Below are positions 19,230-28,655 of a stretch of DNA of 64,000 nucleotides, one piece after another (the stretch's first letter is position 1; every line of letters begins with the position of its first letter). The position numbers and the translations under genes are program-made. The DNA is from Candidatus Caldarchaeales archaeon (GTDB lineage Archaea; Thermoproteota; Nitrososphaeria_A; Caldarchaeales; Calditenuaceae): assembly GCA_039630085.1 (NCBI GenBank), contig JBCNVM010000008.1, forward strand, positions 1 to 64,000, in the 5' to 3' direction. The notes under the pieces are model-generated. The model did not search any database, was not told where the DNA came from, and saw only the letters and a list, made by a program, of their open reading frames with translations.

Positions 19230-20270
19230 CTAGGCCCTCACCCTCGGATCGAGGACCTGATAGAGGACCTCGAGGACGAACCTGGCGGCGACGTACATCA
19301 GCGTGAAGAGGTAGGTGAGGGCGACGATTAGGACCTCGTCCCCCATGACCACCGCGTTGTAGTATAGCCTCCCCATCCCCGGCCAGTTGAAGACGGTCTC
19401 CGTGAGGATCGCGCCGCCTAGCGACGCCGGGAGCGAGAGGGCGAGGCCGGTGACGATTGGAGGCGAGGCAGGCCTGAGGACGTACCTGACCGAAACCACT
19501 CTCTCTGGGAGGCCCTTGGACCTCGCGACCGAGACGAAGTCCTCCTGGGCGACGTTGAGGAGGAGGGTCCTGCTGGCGTAGATCGAAGGCCCGATCGAGA
19601 TCAGCACCAGCGTCATGACCGGGAGGACCGAGTGCCAGAGGACATCTAGGGCCCTCTCGAGGGCGCCCTCGGGCGGAGGGCTGCTCAGCATCCCGGACCC
19701 GGGGAAGAGCCTGAGCTGGTACGCGAAGACGATCAGCAGCAATATCCCCGTCCACCAGCTGGGGAGGCTGTTCGAGACCGCGGAGAGGTAGGTGACCAGC
19801 CTCTCGAGCCTGCTCCCGACCCTCTTCGCGAGCGAGGCGCCGACATAGAGGCCCAGCAGCGCCGAGATCAGGAGCGATGTCGTCACCAGGACCACGGTGT
19901 TCGGGATCCTCTCCGAGAGGATGTCGACGACCTTCGTGCTCCCCGAGGAGCTCCTTGCGGTCCTCGCGTCCCCGAGGTCGAGCGTCATCACCCTCAGGAC
20001 GGTCTCGGGAATCCTGGCGTACCAGGGCCTGTCGAGCCCGTAGGCCCTCTCCATCTCGGACTTCAGCTCCGCGAGCGCCCTCTCCAGCTCCTCCGGGTCC
20101 CTGATCCTCTGGGCCAGCCCCTCCCTCATCGACCTGAGCTGCTCCCCGATGATCGACTGGATGATCCTGTCCGAGTAGCCTGTGGCCCCGAGGACCACTG
20201 TCAGCAGGACGAGGACTACGATGAGGACCCCGGTGAGCGTTACGGCGCGTGCGAGGAGCCTCCTGATCAT
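19230..20270 (-). CDS. Opp/Dpp-type ABC permease (B subunit)
   Basis: YGLDRP, EDFVSVARSKGL, ETVFNWPGMG. Confidence 0.9.
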   Translation of the reverse strand: MIRRLLARAVTLTGVLIVVLVLLTVVLGATGYSDRIIQSIIGEQLRSMREGLAQRIRDPEELERALAELKSEMERAYGLDRPWYARIPETVLRVMTLDLGDARTARSSSGSTKVVDILSERIPNTVVLVTTSLLISALLGLYVGASLAKRVGSRLERLVTYLSAVSNSLPSWWTGILLLIVFAYQLRLFPGSGMLSSPPPEGALERALDVLWHSVLPVMTLVLISIGPSIYASRTLLLNVAQEDFVSVARSKGLPERVVSVRYVLRPASPPIVTGLALSLPASLGGAILTETVFNWPGMGRLYYNAVVMGDEVLIVALTYLFTLMYVAARFVLEVLYQVLDPRVRA

Positions 20271-20277
20271 CCGCCCG

Positions 20278-22818
20278 CTAGCCCTTCCTCCTCCTCATCA
20301 CGACGACCACCAGGGCCGCAGTGACCGCTGCGACCGCGACCGCGGCCACGATCGCGACTAGTGTCAGCGGGGGCTGTTGGGGCTGCTGGGCCGCAGGGGA
20401 CGTCGGCGTCTGAGCCGGCTGGGGAGGCTGGGCTCCCGCGGGCAGGGCCTCGGTGGTGAACCTGAGGGTCCTCACGACTCCGAGCGTCTCGGGGTTGTAG
20501 AGGCTCACGTCCACCACGACCAGCCCCCTCCTGAGCTGGGACGTCGCCGCCGCCGGGAGCGAGACCCGTAGCCTCCCGTCGACGACGGACAGGTCGGCGG
20601 ACCTGAAGACGACCTTCCCGGTCCCGGCCTCGTAGACCCTGACGCTCGCCTTGGTCCCCGGCTCTCCAGTCACCCTGAAGGCCAGCGCGGCCTCGCCGCC
20701 GATCGTGATCTCGAGCCTCCCCTCTGGCGAAGCGGTCGGAAGCCTCGCCTCCTTCGCGAAGCCGAGGAAGCTCCCCCTCGAGAACGGGTAAGTGGCGTCC
20801 CTGAAGGCCGAGATCTCCGCGGTCTGGGCGGCGCCGTCGAACCTCTCGAGGTAGAAGGGGCCGTTGCTGATCACAAGGTGCCTCCTCGCGCCGAACCAGG
20901 AGACCGCGGCCTCGTACCTGCGGAGGGTCTCCTCGGGGGACACAAGGCTCCTGCCCTCGAGCGCGAAGACGTTTCCGGGGACGTACCTCTTCTCCGCGAA
21001 GGACCTTAGCACTTCCACCAGCATCCGGCCGTGGAGCTCCTTCACCAAGTTGATCCAGACCACGTTGAACCTGAACGCCGCCGTGTCGCTGTACGCCGCC
21101 CTCCTCCTGTTGAAGACCAGCTCGTCCATCGCCGCGAGGACCTCCCACGGCATCGACGGGAACCCTATGGCCGCGTACTCCGCGATCTTGTCGGTCTCGA
21201 AGTCCCAGTAGTCAACGTAGACCTCGAGGTATCTGTCACCCACGATCCTTATCCCCTTCACCGTCTCGAGGTAGGGCCTGCTGGTCACCGCGATCGCAGT
21301 CTCTATTCTGTTCTTGTTGGGGTTGTATGATATGTCGAAGGCCTGATAGATGGAATAGAGGACATCGGCCCACGTTATGGGCTGGCCGTGATGCCATTTG
21401 GCTCCGATGTACTTGGACATGTCGAACGTCACCTTGCTCCTCGCGGTCGTCCCCGGCGTCACCCTCCTCCACTCTCCAGCGTCAGAGTTCCAGCTGAAGG
21501 CGTCTGGAGGAACGACGAGGGTCCCCGTGGGGCCTGCGGTCTCCACCCTGAACTCCGACCTGAAGGGCACGGTCCTCCCCGAGACCGGGTCCCTGACCAG
21601 CGGCGGGTCGACCAGGTACCTCCAGATGTCAACGCTGTAGACGTCCCCGAAGCCACCGACCGGGTTCCAGGTTGTCCTCTCCGTGTCGACCCAGAGGTGC
21701 CCGACCCTGATGACGTTCCTGCCCTCGACGTAGGCCTCCCTGAGGCTGAAGGCCGACCTGACGCCGGCGACCAGGTCCGTGATCAGGTTCCTGACGCCGG
21801 GCGCGACCGGATAGGAGTTGATCACCGTCACCACCCAGACCCTCACTGACTCCTCCAGGCAGAGGTCGGTCGCGGCCCTGTAGAGCTCGTTCCTCTCCCC
21901 GAAGTCCCTGAACTCGCCCCTGAAGATCCTCTGGCCGAGCTCGTCGAGCCTCGGGCTCTCGTACTGCCAGAAGCCCACCTCCCTCCAGCCGGGCATGTTG
22001 CCCAGCCACGGAGCGCAGAACTGGTTGATCCCCGCGGAGTCGTACCTCCCCACCGCGCCCCTGCCCCACCCCTCGGTGTAGGCGTGCCACGCGAAGGTCC
22101 TCGGGTCGGTCGAGTAGACCCTCTGGATCGCAGGCCCGAACTCGAGCAGGATCTCCTCGACGTTGAACCCGAGCCTCCTCAGCTCCGCCGCGAAGGCTAG
22201 GCCTATCTCCCTCCTCTCGTCCTCCGGTCGAACGATCACCCTCACCGTCACGGGCCTCCCCCCGTAGTGCCAGACGCCGTCCCTGAGCTCCGCCCCGGCC
22301 CTCCTCATCGCCTCGCCGACGACCTGCCTCGCGTATTCGGGGTCGTACCTGATTCCGCGTCTCGCGACCACGTCCTCGACCGTGAGGTGGTCCAGGTCCA
22401 CCGGGGAGACGTGCGAGTACATCGGGACCGCCATGCCGCCGTAGAACCTCGAGGAGATGGTCTCCCTGTCGACGACGAACTGCATCGCGTACCTCACCTC
22501 CCTGATCGAGAACGGGTTGAGCTCGCCCGGAGGAGCGGGCGCGGGGTTCAGGACGATCGAGACCGTCGAGGACGGGACCTCCACCAGCCTGATGTCCCCC
22601 CTCGCCCTGAGCGCCCTCGCGGCCTCGGTCTTCAGGTTGTAGAAGAAGAGGTCGATGTTCCCGGCCCTGATCTCGAGCTCCGCGATGTCCTGCGACCCGA
22701 GGCCCCTGAAGATCACCTTCTCGACCGCGGGGCCCTTCACCTCCTGGGCGAGCGCCAACTGCGGCGACGCGAGGACCGCGACTAGGGCGACGGCCAGCGC
22801 GACGACGAGGCACCTCAC
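20278..22818 (-). CDS. Family 5 ABC substrate-binding protein with P/Q linker and C-terminal anchor
   Basis: Signal peptide, NPFSIREVRYAM, KWHHGQPITWADV, ISNGPFYL, C-terminal TM plus RRRK. Confidence 0.88.
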   Translation of the reverse strand: MRCLVVALAVALVAVLASPQLALAQEVKGPAVEKVIFRGLGSQDIAELEIRAGNIDLFFYNLKTEAARALRARGDIRLVEVPSSTVSIVLNPAPAPPGELNPFSIREVRYAMQFVVDRETISSRFYGGMAVPMYSHVSPVDLDHLTVEDVVARRGIRYDPEYARQVVGEAMRRAGAELRDGVWHYGGRPVTVRVIVRPEDERREIGLAFAAELRRLGFNVEEILLEFGPAIQRVYSTDPRTFAWHAYTEGWGRGAVGRYDSAGINQFCAPWLGNMPGWREVGFWQYESPRLDELGQRIFRGEFRDFGERNELYRAATDLCLEESVRVWVVTVINSYPVAPGVRNLITDLVAGVRSAFSLREAYVEGRNVIRVGHLWVDTERTTWNPVGGFGDVYSVDIWRYLVDPPLVRDPVSGRTVPFRSEFRVETAGPTGTLVVPPDAFSWNSDAGEWRRVTPGTTARSKVTFDMSKYIGAKWHHGQPITWADVLYSIYQAFDISYNPNKNRIETAIAVTSRPYLETVKGIRIVGDRYLEVYVDYWDFETDKIAEYAAIGFPSMPWEVLAAMDELVFNRRRAAYSDTAAFRFNVVWINLVKELHGRMLVEVLRSFAEKRYVPGNVFALEGRSLVSPEETLRRYEAAVSWFGARRHLVISNGPFYLERFDGAAQTAEISAFRDATYPFSRGSFLGFAKEARLPTASPEGRLEITIGGEAALAFRVTGEPGTKASVRVYEAGTGKVVFRSADLSVVDGRLRVSLPAAATSQLRRGLVVVDVSLYNPETLGVVRTLRFTTEALPAGAQPPQPAQTPTSPAAQQPQQPPLTLVAIVAAVAVAAVTAALVVVVMRRRKG

Positions 22819-22824
22819 TTCAGG

Positions 22825-25104
22825 TCACCTCCTCCGGGACCTTGCCAGGAGCGCCACCAGCAGGGCCGTGTTGACGGCCGCGACCACCGAGACCACGACG
22901 AGGACCGGCACCAACCAATCGATCCCCGGGCCGCCTGACCTCAGCTCGCTCGGGTTCGAGAGCGTCTTGTTGAGGAGCTTTAGGGAGTCGGAGACCTGTC
23001 CGGTGAGGGCCCTGAGGGACTCGAAGCCCTTCCAGAGCGTGTCGACGCCCACCTGAGTGTAGAAGGAGGCCGAGGCGAAGTTCCCCGTCTGGTCGTAGAC
23101 GACCACCGTCTGGGTGCCCTCGGTTGTGACGGGCATGAAGAGCCTGACCGTGAAGCTCCCGTCGGGCCCGGACTTCGTGGTCGCGATCACCGACCCTGAG
23201 ACCTCGATGTAGATGTTGGAGTCGGGCTGGAAGTTGGTCCCCCTGACCGTGACGCTCTGGCCGCTCGCCCCGACAGGCGGTGAGATAAAGACGCTCGGAG
23301 CCCTCATCGGCCTCACCCTCGCGAACCCTATCTTCTGGTTGAGGCCCACGAACTCGCCGAGCCTGCAGTCGGCCCAGACCGCGTAGACGTCGTTCTCGGT
23401 CGCCTTGATCGCGAAGTAGTCGCCTAGGAAGGCGCCCCGCGGGAAGCAGAAGTTCGGGTTGGAGTGGGCGTCGGTGACCCTGGTGTTGGCTACCCTCTGG
23501 CCTATCTCCCTGATCAGGAAGCCCCAGGTCCTGCCTCCGTCCTCGCTCCTCGTGTAGTAGATGTGGTACCGGGTCTCGCTGGGATCGTCCCTGAAGTCTC
23601 CCCAGATCACGTGTATCGCGCCCTTCGGGTCCGTCGCGATCGCCGGGAAGAACTGGAGCCTGTTGGTCCCGTCGTCGTTCAGCCTCACGGGCCTCGACCA
23701 GGTCGCGCCCCCGTCGGCGCTCGAGACGAAGTAGACGTCGCCGTCGTCGAGGGGTCTGTCTCCGGGCCTGCCGACGAAGACGATGTAGATCTCGCCCCGG
23801 GGACCGAGGGCCATCTGCGGGAACGCGGAGCCCCAGTACCTGAAGTTGGCGTTCCTGGGCGTGAAAGGAATCTCGTTGAAGACCGCGGCCGTCACGGGCC
23901 TGCTCCAGGTCCTGCCGCCGTCGGTACTCCTGACGACCTTGATCTCCGCCAAGCCCTCCATCTCGCCGTCGTCGAGGGAGTCGAGGTACGCGACGTAGAC
24001 TGTGCCGTCCGGAGCCACGGCGACGTTGGAGCCCTGCAGGACCCTCTTAGGACCTCCCGGACCGAACCACCTGATCACGGTCGGGCTGACGCTGACCGGC
24101 GCGCTCCAGGTCCTGCCCTCGTTCGTCCCCTTGACCAGCCTGATCGTGGTCTCGAGGACCGGGTTGGCCAGGAACACGAGCTCTCCCACGTAGAACAGGT
24201 CGTAGACGACCGCGAACTCGGTGTAGGTGACGTAGACCGCGTCCCGCCGGGGGTCGTCCCTGTCAGGCCCCACGGCCATCCAGGGCTTGTCGATGAACCC
24301 GAAAACCAGCTGGCCCCTGAGCCTTCCGAGCTCGTCGACGCGCTCGTTACGGAGGAAGATCCTGCTCCTCGCCGATGAGACTGGCTCCGACCAGGAGAGA
24401 CCTCCGTCGGCGCTGACCGCGACGGCCGCGCTGGAAACAACCTCCTCGATGACGAAGGGGCCTATCCTGACGTCCTCGATCCCCAGCGAGAGCATCACGT
24501 AGTAGGCCACGCCGTTCCTGTCGAAGCCGACGACCGGGTCTCCTCCGGTCGCCAGGTCCTTGCCCAGGTACTTGACGATCTTAGGGCCCTCCCAGGTCTC
24601 GCCGCCGTCGATCGAGACGTAGGCCGAGACGCTGGGGAAGTTGTAGTCTATCACGCCCACCAGGATGTGGTCGGGGTTCCTCGGGTTGACCGCGATGTGG
24701 GGCTCCGTCTGGTAAGGGTAGGGGCTGAAGTCCCTGGTCAGGAGGACGTTCCTAGAGAACGCGGGCGCAGGGCTCCTGAAGGGTATTAGGACTCCGGCAG
24801 CTCCGGGGGCCTGAAGCGCGGGCGTCGGCGTGAGCCTCGGCCCCTCGGGCCCTCCGCCCTCAGGGGCCTTCTTCTCCCGCTCGGCCTCGCCGGTGGGAAG
24901 ACTGGTGACAGGGTCTATGCCCTCTGCGATCAGCGGCGACCTCCCCGTGAGCATCGGAGCTATCAGCCTGAACGCGTTGAACCTGTGCGGCACAGGCGGC
25001 GGCATGGGGTTCGTGGCCTCGACCTCGCCGGAGAGGGTCGGCGGAAGCAGGGAGATCAGGAAGGCTACGGCGAGGAAGCTGGCAAGGAGGCCGAAATACC
25101 TCAC
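22825..25104 (-). CDS. Membrane-anchored Asp-box (BNR/sialidase-like) beta-propeller protein with Ig-like domain
   Basis: Signal peptide; six SxDGGxTW-like repeats; GTNFQP Ig-like segment; C-terminal TM. Confidence 0.8.
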   Translation of the reverse strand: MRYFGLLASFLAVAFLISLLPPTLSGEVEATNPMPPPVPHRFNAFRLIAPMLTGRSPLIAEGIDPVTSLPTGEAEREKKAPEGGGPEGPRLTPTPALQAPGAAGVLIPFRSPAPAFSRNVLLTRDFSPYPYQTEPHIAVNPRNPDHILVGVIDYNFPSVSAYVSIDGGETWEGPKIVKYLGKDLATGGDPVVGFDRNGVAYYVMLSLGIEDVRIGPFVIEEVVSSAAVAVSADGGLSWSEPVSSARSRIFLRNERVDELGRLRGQLVFGFIDKPWMAVGPDRDDPRRDAVYVTYTEFAVVYDLFYVGELVFLANPVLETTIRLVKGTNEGRTWSAPVSVSPTVIRWFGPGGPKRVLQGSNVAVAPDGTVYVAYLDSLDDGEMEGLAEIKVVRSTDGGRTWSRPVTAAVFNEIPFTPRNANFRYWGSAFPQMALGPRGEIYIVFVGRPGDRPLDDGDVYFVSSADGGATWSRPVRLNDDGTNRLQFFPAIATDPKGAIHVIWGDFRDDPSETRYHIYYTRSEDGGRTWGFLIREIGQRVANTRVTDAHSNPNFCFPRGAFLGDYFAIKATENDVYAVWADCRLGEFVGLNQKIGFARVRPMRAPSVFISPPVGASGQSVTVRGTNFQPDSNIYIEVSGSVIATTKSGPDGSFTVRLFMPVTTEGTQTVVVYDQTGNFASASFYTQVGVDTLWKGFESLRALTGQVSDSLKLLNKTLSNPSELRSGGPGIDWLVPVLVVVSVVAAVNTALLVALLARSRRR

Positions 25105-25144
25105 GGGACTATGCCCTTATTCCCAGCTAATAAGCAGATTCAGG

Positions 25145-25807
25145 CTAAACCGGTCGGGCGGGCGCCTCCGGGGCCTTTCTCCTCTCCAAGACCCTCTTGA
25201 TGTGCTTGAGCTTCACGAAGTAGTCCCTGTCGGACTCCTCGAGGGACATCGCGATCTCCTTTATCGCGCTCCTGTACCTCGGCATGATGACGTACTCGAG
25301 GGCGTTCAGGAGCCTCTGGGTCCTCTTCAGCTCCTCCGCGATCCTGAAGATCGCGTTCTCGATGGCCGCGGCCCTGCAGACGTCGCCTATGACCGACCTC
25401 AGCTTCCTGGAGGCCTCGTCGAGGTGCACAGAGGTCTCGAGGAACCCGTAGGGCAGCGGGAAGGAGGCCTGCTCCAGCTCGACCGTAGGGACCTGGATCC
25501 CCATCATCGTGTAGGACCCGACCTTGACCTTCACAGTCTCGGGGAGCGTGGAGGTGATCGTCTGGATCGCGCCCGGCCCGGACTTCAGATAAGCGGCGAT
25601 CAGCTCCTGGTAGGCCTCGGAGAGCTTCGCGGAGAGCGCCTCCCTCAGCTCCTGGGCCTCGTCGATGAGCTCGTTGATCCTCCTCACCAGCACGTCCCTC
25701 TTGTCCTCGAGGATCCTGTAGACCCTCTCAGCGGTCCTGAGGGACCTCCGCAGCCTCAGCAGCTCGAGCCTCGTCCTCAGGTAGCCTCCTCCGAAGGCGA
25801 CCGACAT
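25145..25807 (-). CDS. atpD: A/V-type ATP synthase subunit D (stand-alone)
   Basis: TRLELLRLRR, ILEDKRDVL, ELKRTQRLLNALEYVIMP. Confidence 0.9.
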   Translation of the reverse strand: MSVAFGGGYLRTRLELLRLRRSLRTAERVYRILEDKRDVLVRRINELIDEAQELREALSAKLSEAYQELIAAYLKSGPGAIQTITSTLPETVKVKVGSYTMMGIQVPTVELEQASFPLPYGFLETSVHLDEASRKLRSVIGDVCRAAAIENAIFRIAEELKRTQRLLNALEYVIMPRYRSAIKEIAMSLEESDRDYFVKLKHIKRVLERRKAPEAPARPV

Positions 25808-25852
25808 CCGGACTCACCGCCGTCGGGCATCATAAGAAAGTTAGCGGGGAGA

Positions 25853-27019
25853 TCAGGCCTTCCTCAGCAGGACCGCGCTCTCCCTCGTCTCGCCGATCCT
25901 CTTCACCCTCTCGTAGGTCGCGACCCTCTTCGCCAGCGCCATCACCCGCTCCACCTCGAACCCGAGCCTCCTCGCGATCCTCGCGAGGACTAGGTCCACC
26001 TCGACGACGAGCCCCGGGTAGACGCCGCCGGAGACGACGTAGGCCGCCCTCCCTCCCCTCCTCAGCACCCTCAGGGCCTCGGAGAGGGACTGCTCGAGGT
26101 CGGCGAAGTACGCGACCGCCGATCCGGGGAGGCCCTCGGCCTCTGGAGGGACCCTGCCGGGCCTGGGAGAGAGCCCGATGTAGGACCTGATCAGGTCCGG
26201 CCTCCGGCCCCCGAGGAACAGCTCCATCTCGATCTCGTAGACTCTGGTGTACTCGATCTTGTTCAGGTAGGGCGGCGAGGTGATGACCGCGTCCACCGAC
26301 CCCTCTCCGAGGAAATTCAGCTCCCTCGCGTCCCCGAGGTAGATCTCCGCGGGCCCCGACTTCAGGGCGATCCTCTCCACGTCTTCGATCATCTTCCTGA
26401 CCTTGGACCTGAAGGCCTTCGGGAGATCCGGGACCGGCCGCCTCTCGATTTTAATGACCGAACCTTCCTTGACCGCGTAGGAGCACCTCATCGCCGCGGA
26501 CATGAGGGCCAGCGTGAAGAACGCCTTGACGTCGCGGTCTCCGATGCCCGCGACCTCCTCCCTCAGCGAGAGGAGCTGGCGGAGGGTCTCGGACCTGAAG
26601 GCCCTCCTCACGAGCGGGCTGAGCCCCGAGAGGTCGTGCGTCCTGAACCTGACCGAGGCCAGACGCTCCGCCTCCGCCCTCAGCCTCTCCGGGTCGTACC
26701 TCCTGGTCTTCGCGAAGCTGATCAGGACCATGAGCGGCGAGGCGTCCACGCCGACGGCCCCCAGCCCCAGCTCCATGCAGGTGAGCGGCGTCGTCCCCGA
26801 CCCCACGAACGGGTCCAGCACCACCTCGCCCTCGCGCAGGCCCATCCTCTTGATCAGCAGCTCGACGAGGTCCCTCGAGAATCCCTCCTTGAAGTGGAAC
26901 CACCTGTGGACCGGATATGCGAGGTTCGGCTCGAAGGTCGGGAGCCTCCAGAGGTCGTAGCGGAGCTCGAAGGCGAACTCGTCGGCCCCCTGGCCCTGGA
27001 CGCCGTCGGAGAGCGTCAC
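25853..27019 (-). CDS. DNA amino-methyltransferase, probably m4C (SPPY), alpha-like motif order
   Basis: PVHRWFHFKEGFS, VLDPFVGSGTT then VITSPPY; GTG start overlaps the upstream stop (GTGA 27016-27019). Confidence 0.85.
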   Translation of the reverse strand: MTLSDGVQGQGADEFAFELRYDLWRLPTFEPNLAYPVHRWFHFKEGFSRDLVELLIKRMGLREGEVVLDPFVGSGTTPLTCMELGLGAVGVDASPLMVLISFAKTRRYDPERLRAEAERLASVRFRTHDLSGLSPLVRRAFRSETLRQLLSLREEVAGIGDRDVKAFFTLALMSAAMRCSYAVKEGSVIKIERRPVPDLPKAFRSKVRKMIEDVERIALKSGPAEIYLGDARELNFLGEGSVDAVITSPPYLNKIEYTRVYEIEMELFLGGRRPDLIRSYIGLSPRPGRVPPEAEGLPGSAVAYFADLEQSLSEALRVLRRGGRAAYVVSGGVYPGLVVEVDLVLARIARRLGFEVERVMALAKRVATYERVKRIGETRESAVLLRKA

Positions 27020-27867
27020 GCCTGCTTCTGGGACGTGAGCTTCTTGTACAGGTAGAGGATCGCGTACTCCCTCGGGACCTGCTCGTCCTGGACGACCCTC
27101 GCGATCGCGTGCTGGAGCTTGGACTCGTCGAGGGGCTTCGACTCCTTGAGCCTCTTCAGATACTCGGGAGCGAGGTCGGCGTAGGTCGTCAGCTTGTAGA
27201 TCAGGTTCGGGAGGTTCCTGAGGAGCTCCAGCTTCTGGAGGAGTTCTCCCCTCGCGGACATGATCCGTGCTATCTCGTCCCTGATCCTGCTGCACTCGGC
27301 CTCGAGCTCGGCTATCGAGAGTTGGCTCTCAGACCTGCCCCCGGCCCTCGCCTCGTAGAGATACTCGAGGTCGACGGACTTGTCGAAGAGCACCTGCTCG
27401 AGCTCCGAGATCACCGAGTCCATCTCGTTGACGGCCTGCTGGATCACCGCCTCGACATCGCCGGCGCTCGCGAGGACCCTGCTCCTCTCCGCCTCGAGCT
27501 CGCTCAGCTTCCTCTTCACCACGGCCAGGTTAGGCGTCGGGTACTTCTCGACGAAGACCCGCTGGATCGACTTGTCGAGCGTCTTGATCTCCTCCATCCT
27601 CGCAAGGAGCTCCTCGAACCTCGCCTTCGCCCTCCTCGCGCCCTCCTCGGCCCTCCTGACCAGCTCCTCGGTCTCGGGGCTCACAGTCGCCTGACGGGGC
27701 TGCTCGGGGACCGGCTGGACCTGCGGGAGCTCCTCGACGGGCTGCCTCTCCTGAACACCAGCCGGAGGGGCCTGGGCGACGGGAGGCTGGGCAAATGGGT
27801 CCTGCTGCTGGGGCTGGTCGAGGGGACGCCTCCTGATGATGATCCTGCGGCGCTGGTCGAACGTCAC
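27016..27867 (-). CDS. Hypothetical protein: Pro/Gln-rich N-terminus plus long coiled coil
   Basis: QPQQQDPFAQPP... low-complexity region followed by heptad repeats; GTGA overlap with the JAB gene. Confidence 0.75.
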   Translation of the reverse strand: MTFDQRRRIIIRRRPLDQPQQQDPFAQPPVAQAPPAGVQERQPVEELPQVQPVPEQPRQATVSPETEELVRRAEEGARRAKARFEELLARMEEIKTLDKSIQRVFVEKYPTPNLAVVKRKLSELEAERSRVLASAGDVEAVIQQAVNEMDSVISELEQVLFDKSVDLEYLYEARAGGRSESQLSIAELEAECSRIRDEIARIMSARGELLQKLELLRNLPNLIYKLTTYADLAPEYLKRLKESKPLDESKLQHAIARVVQDEQVPREYAILYLYKKLTSQKQA

Positions 27868-28502
27868 TGCCTCCACCAGGCTATCCTGCTGATGAGCTCG
27901 TTTAAGTAATAGAGCAGCCCCCTGCCCTCGCTTCCCCCCGGATCAACGAAGGAAGGCGCGGAGTCGTCGGGGTACGGCGTCGCGGGCAACTCCCGGCGGA
28001 CGAGGAAAGGCGGCACCCTCACCTCGCCCTCGACGAGCGTCGGCACCTCGACGACCAGGCCGCTGTCCTCCATAACCCTGAAGAACTTGAAGCACGAAGG
28101 CGAGAGGCCGCCGGACTTCGCGAACTCCCAGGGGTCCACGACCAGGGCCACGGCCTTCGGGTAGAGCCTCTGGTAGTTCAGCTGGGTCGCGTAGTCGACC
28201 GCGGAGAGGAAGACACCCATTCCGGGGTGGGTGTGGTACCATCCGACGACGTAGAGGTTCCCCCTCTGTCCCTCCAGCAGTTCGGAGAGCGCGGCCATCA
28301 GCGAGTCGTCGAGGGAGACGTGACCCGCGGAGCCCCTCTGCCTGCCGGTCACCGCGTCAGTCACCAAGAGCTCCTCCTTCCTCTCCCTCCCGATCAGGAG
28401 CCCCGCGACCTCCCTCCTGGGGTGGCTGAGCCCGTGCCTCATCACCTTCGCGAGGGCCTCGCCCGAGACCCTGATCACGACCTTTCCGGGCTTGCTGGCC
28501 AC
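27864..28502 (-). CDS. Rpn11-like JAB/MPN+ (JAMM) metallo-isopeptidase
   Basis: EVAGLLIG...VVGWYHTHPGMGVFLSAVD..TQ...AVALVVDP: intact JAMM motif resembling eukaryotic Rpn11. Confidence 0.9.
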   Translation of the reverse strand: MASKPGKVVIRVSGEALAKVMRHGLSHPRREVAGLLIGRERKEELLVTDAVTGRQRGSAGHVSLDDSLMAALSELLEGQRGNLYVVGWYHTHPGMGVFLSAVDYATQLNYQRLYPKAVALVVDPWEFAKSGGLSPSCFKFFRVMEDSGLVVEVPTLVEGEVRVPPFLVRRELPATPYPDDSAPSFVDPGGSEGRGLLYYLNELISRIAWWRQ

Positions 28503-28655
28503 CGGAGGTATTTATGCGGATTCCCCGTGAGGTCCGCGTCCGTATTTCGTGCCGAATCATGCGGGATGACCCCGGATGGGCCCGAGTAGGCCAGACCCCG
28601 AAGCCTCCGGGGACAGGTCACGGCTTAATACGGATGAGGCAGACGCGGCCTCCGG

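Noticed and set aside
25853-27867. Complete type II restriction-modification system
   Set aside because: The gene next to the MTase is coiled-coil, with no PD-(D/E)xK, HNH or GIY-YIG motif visible.
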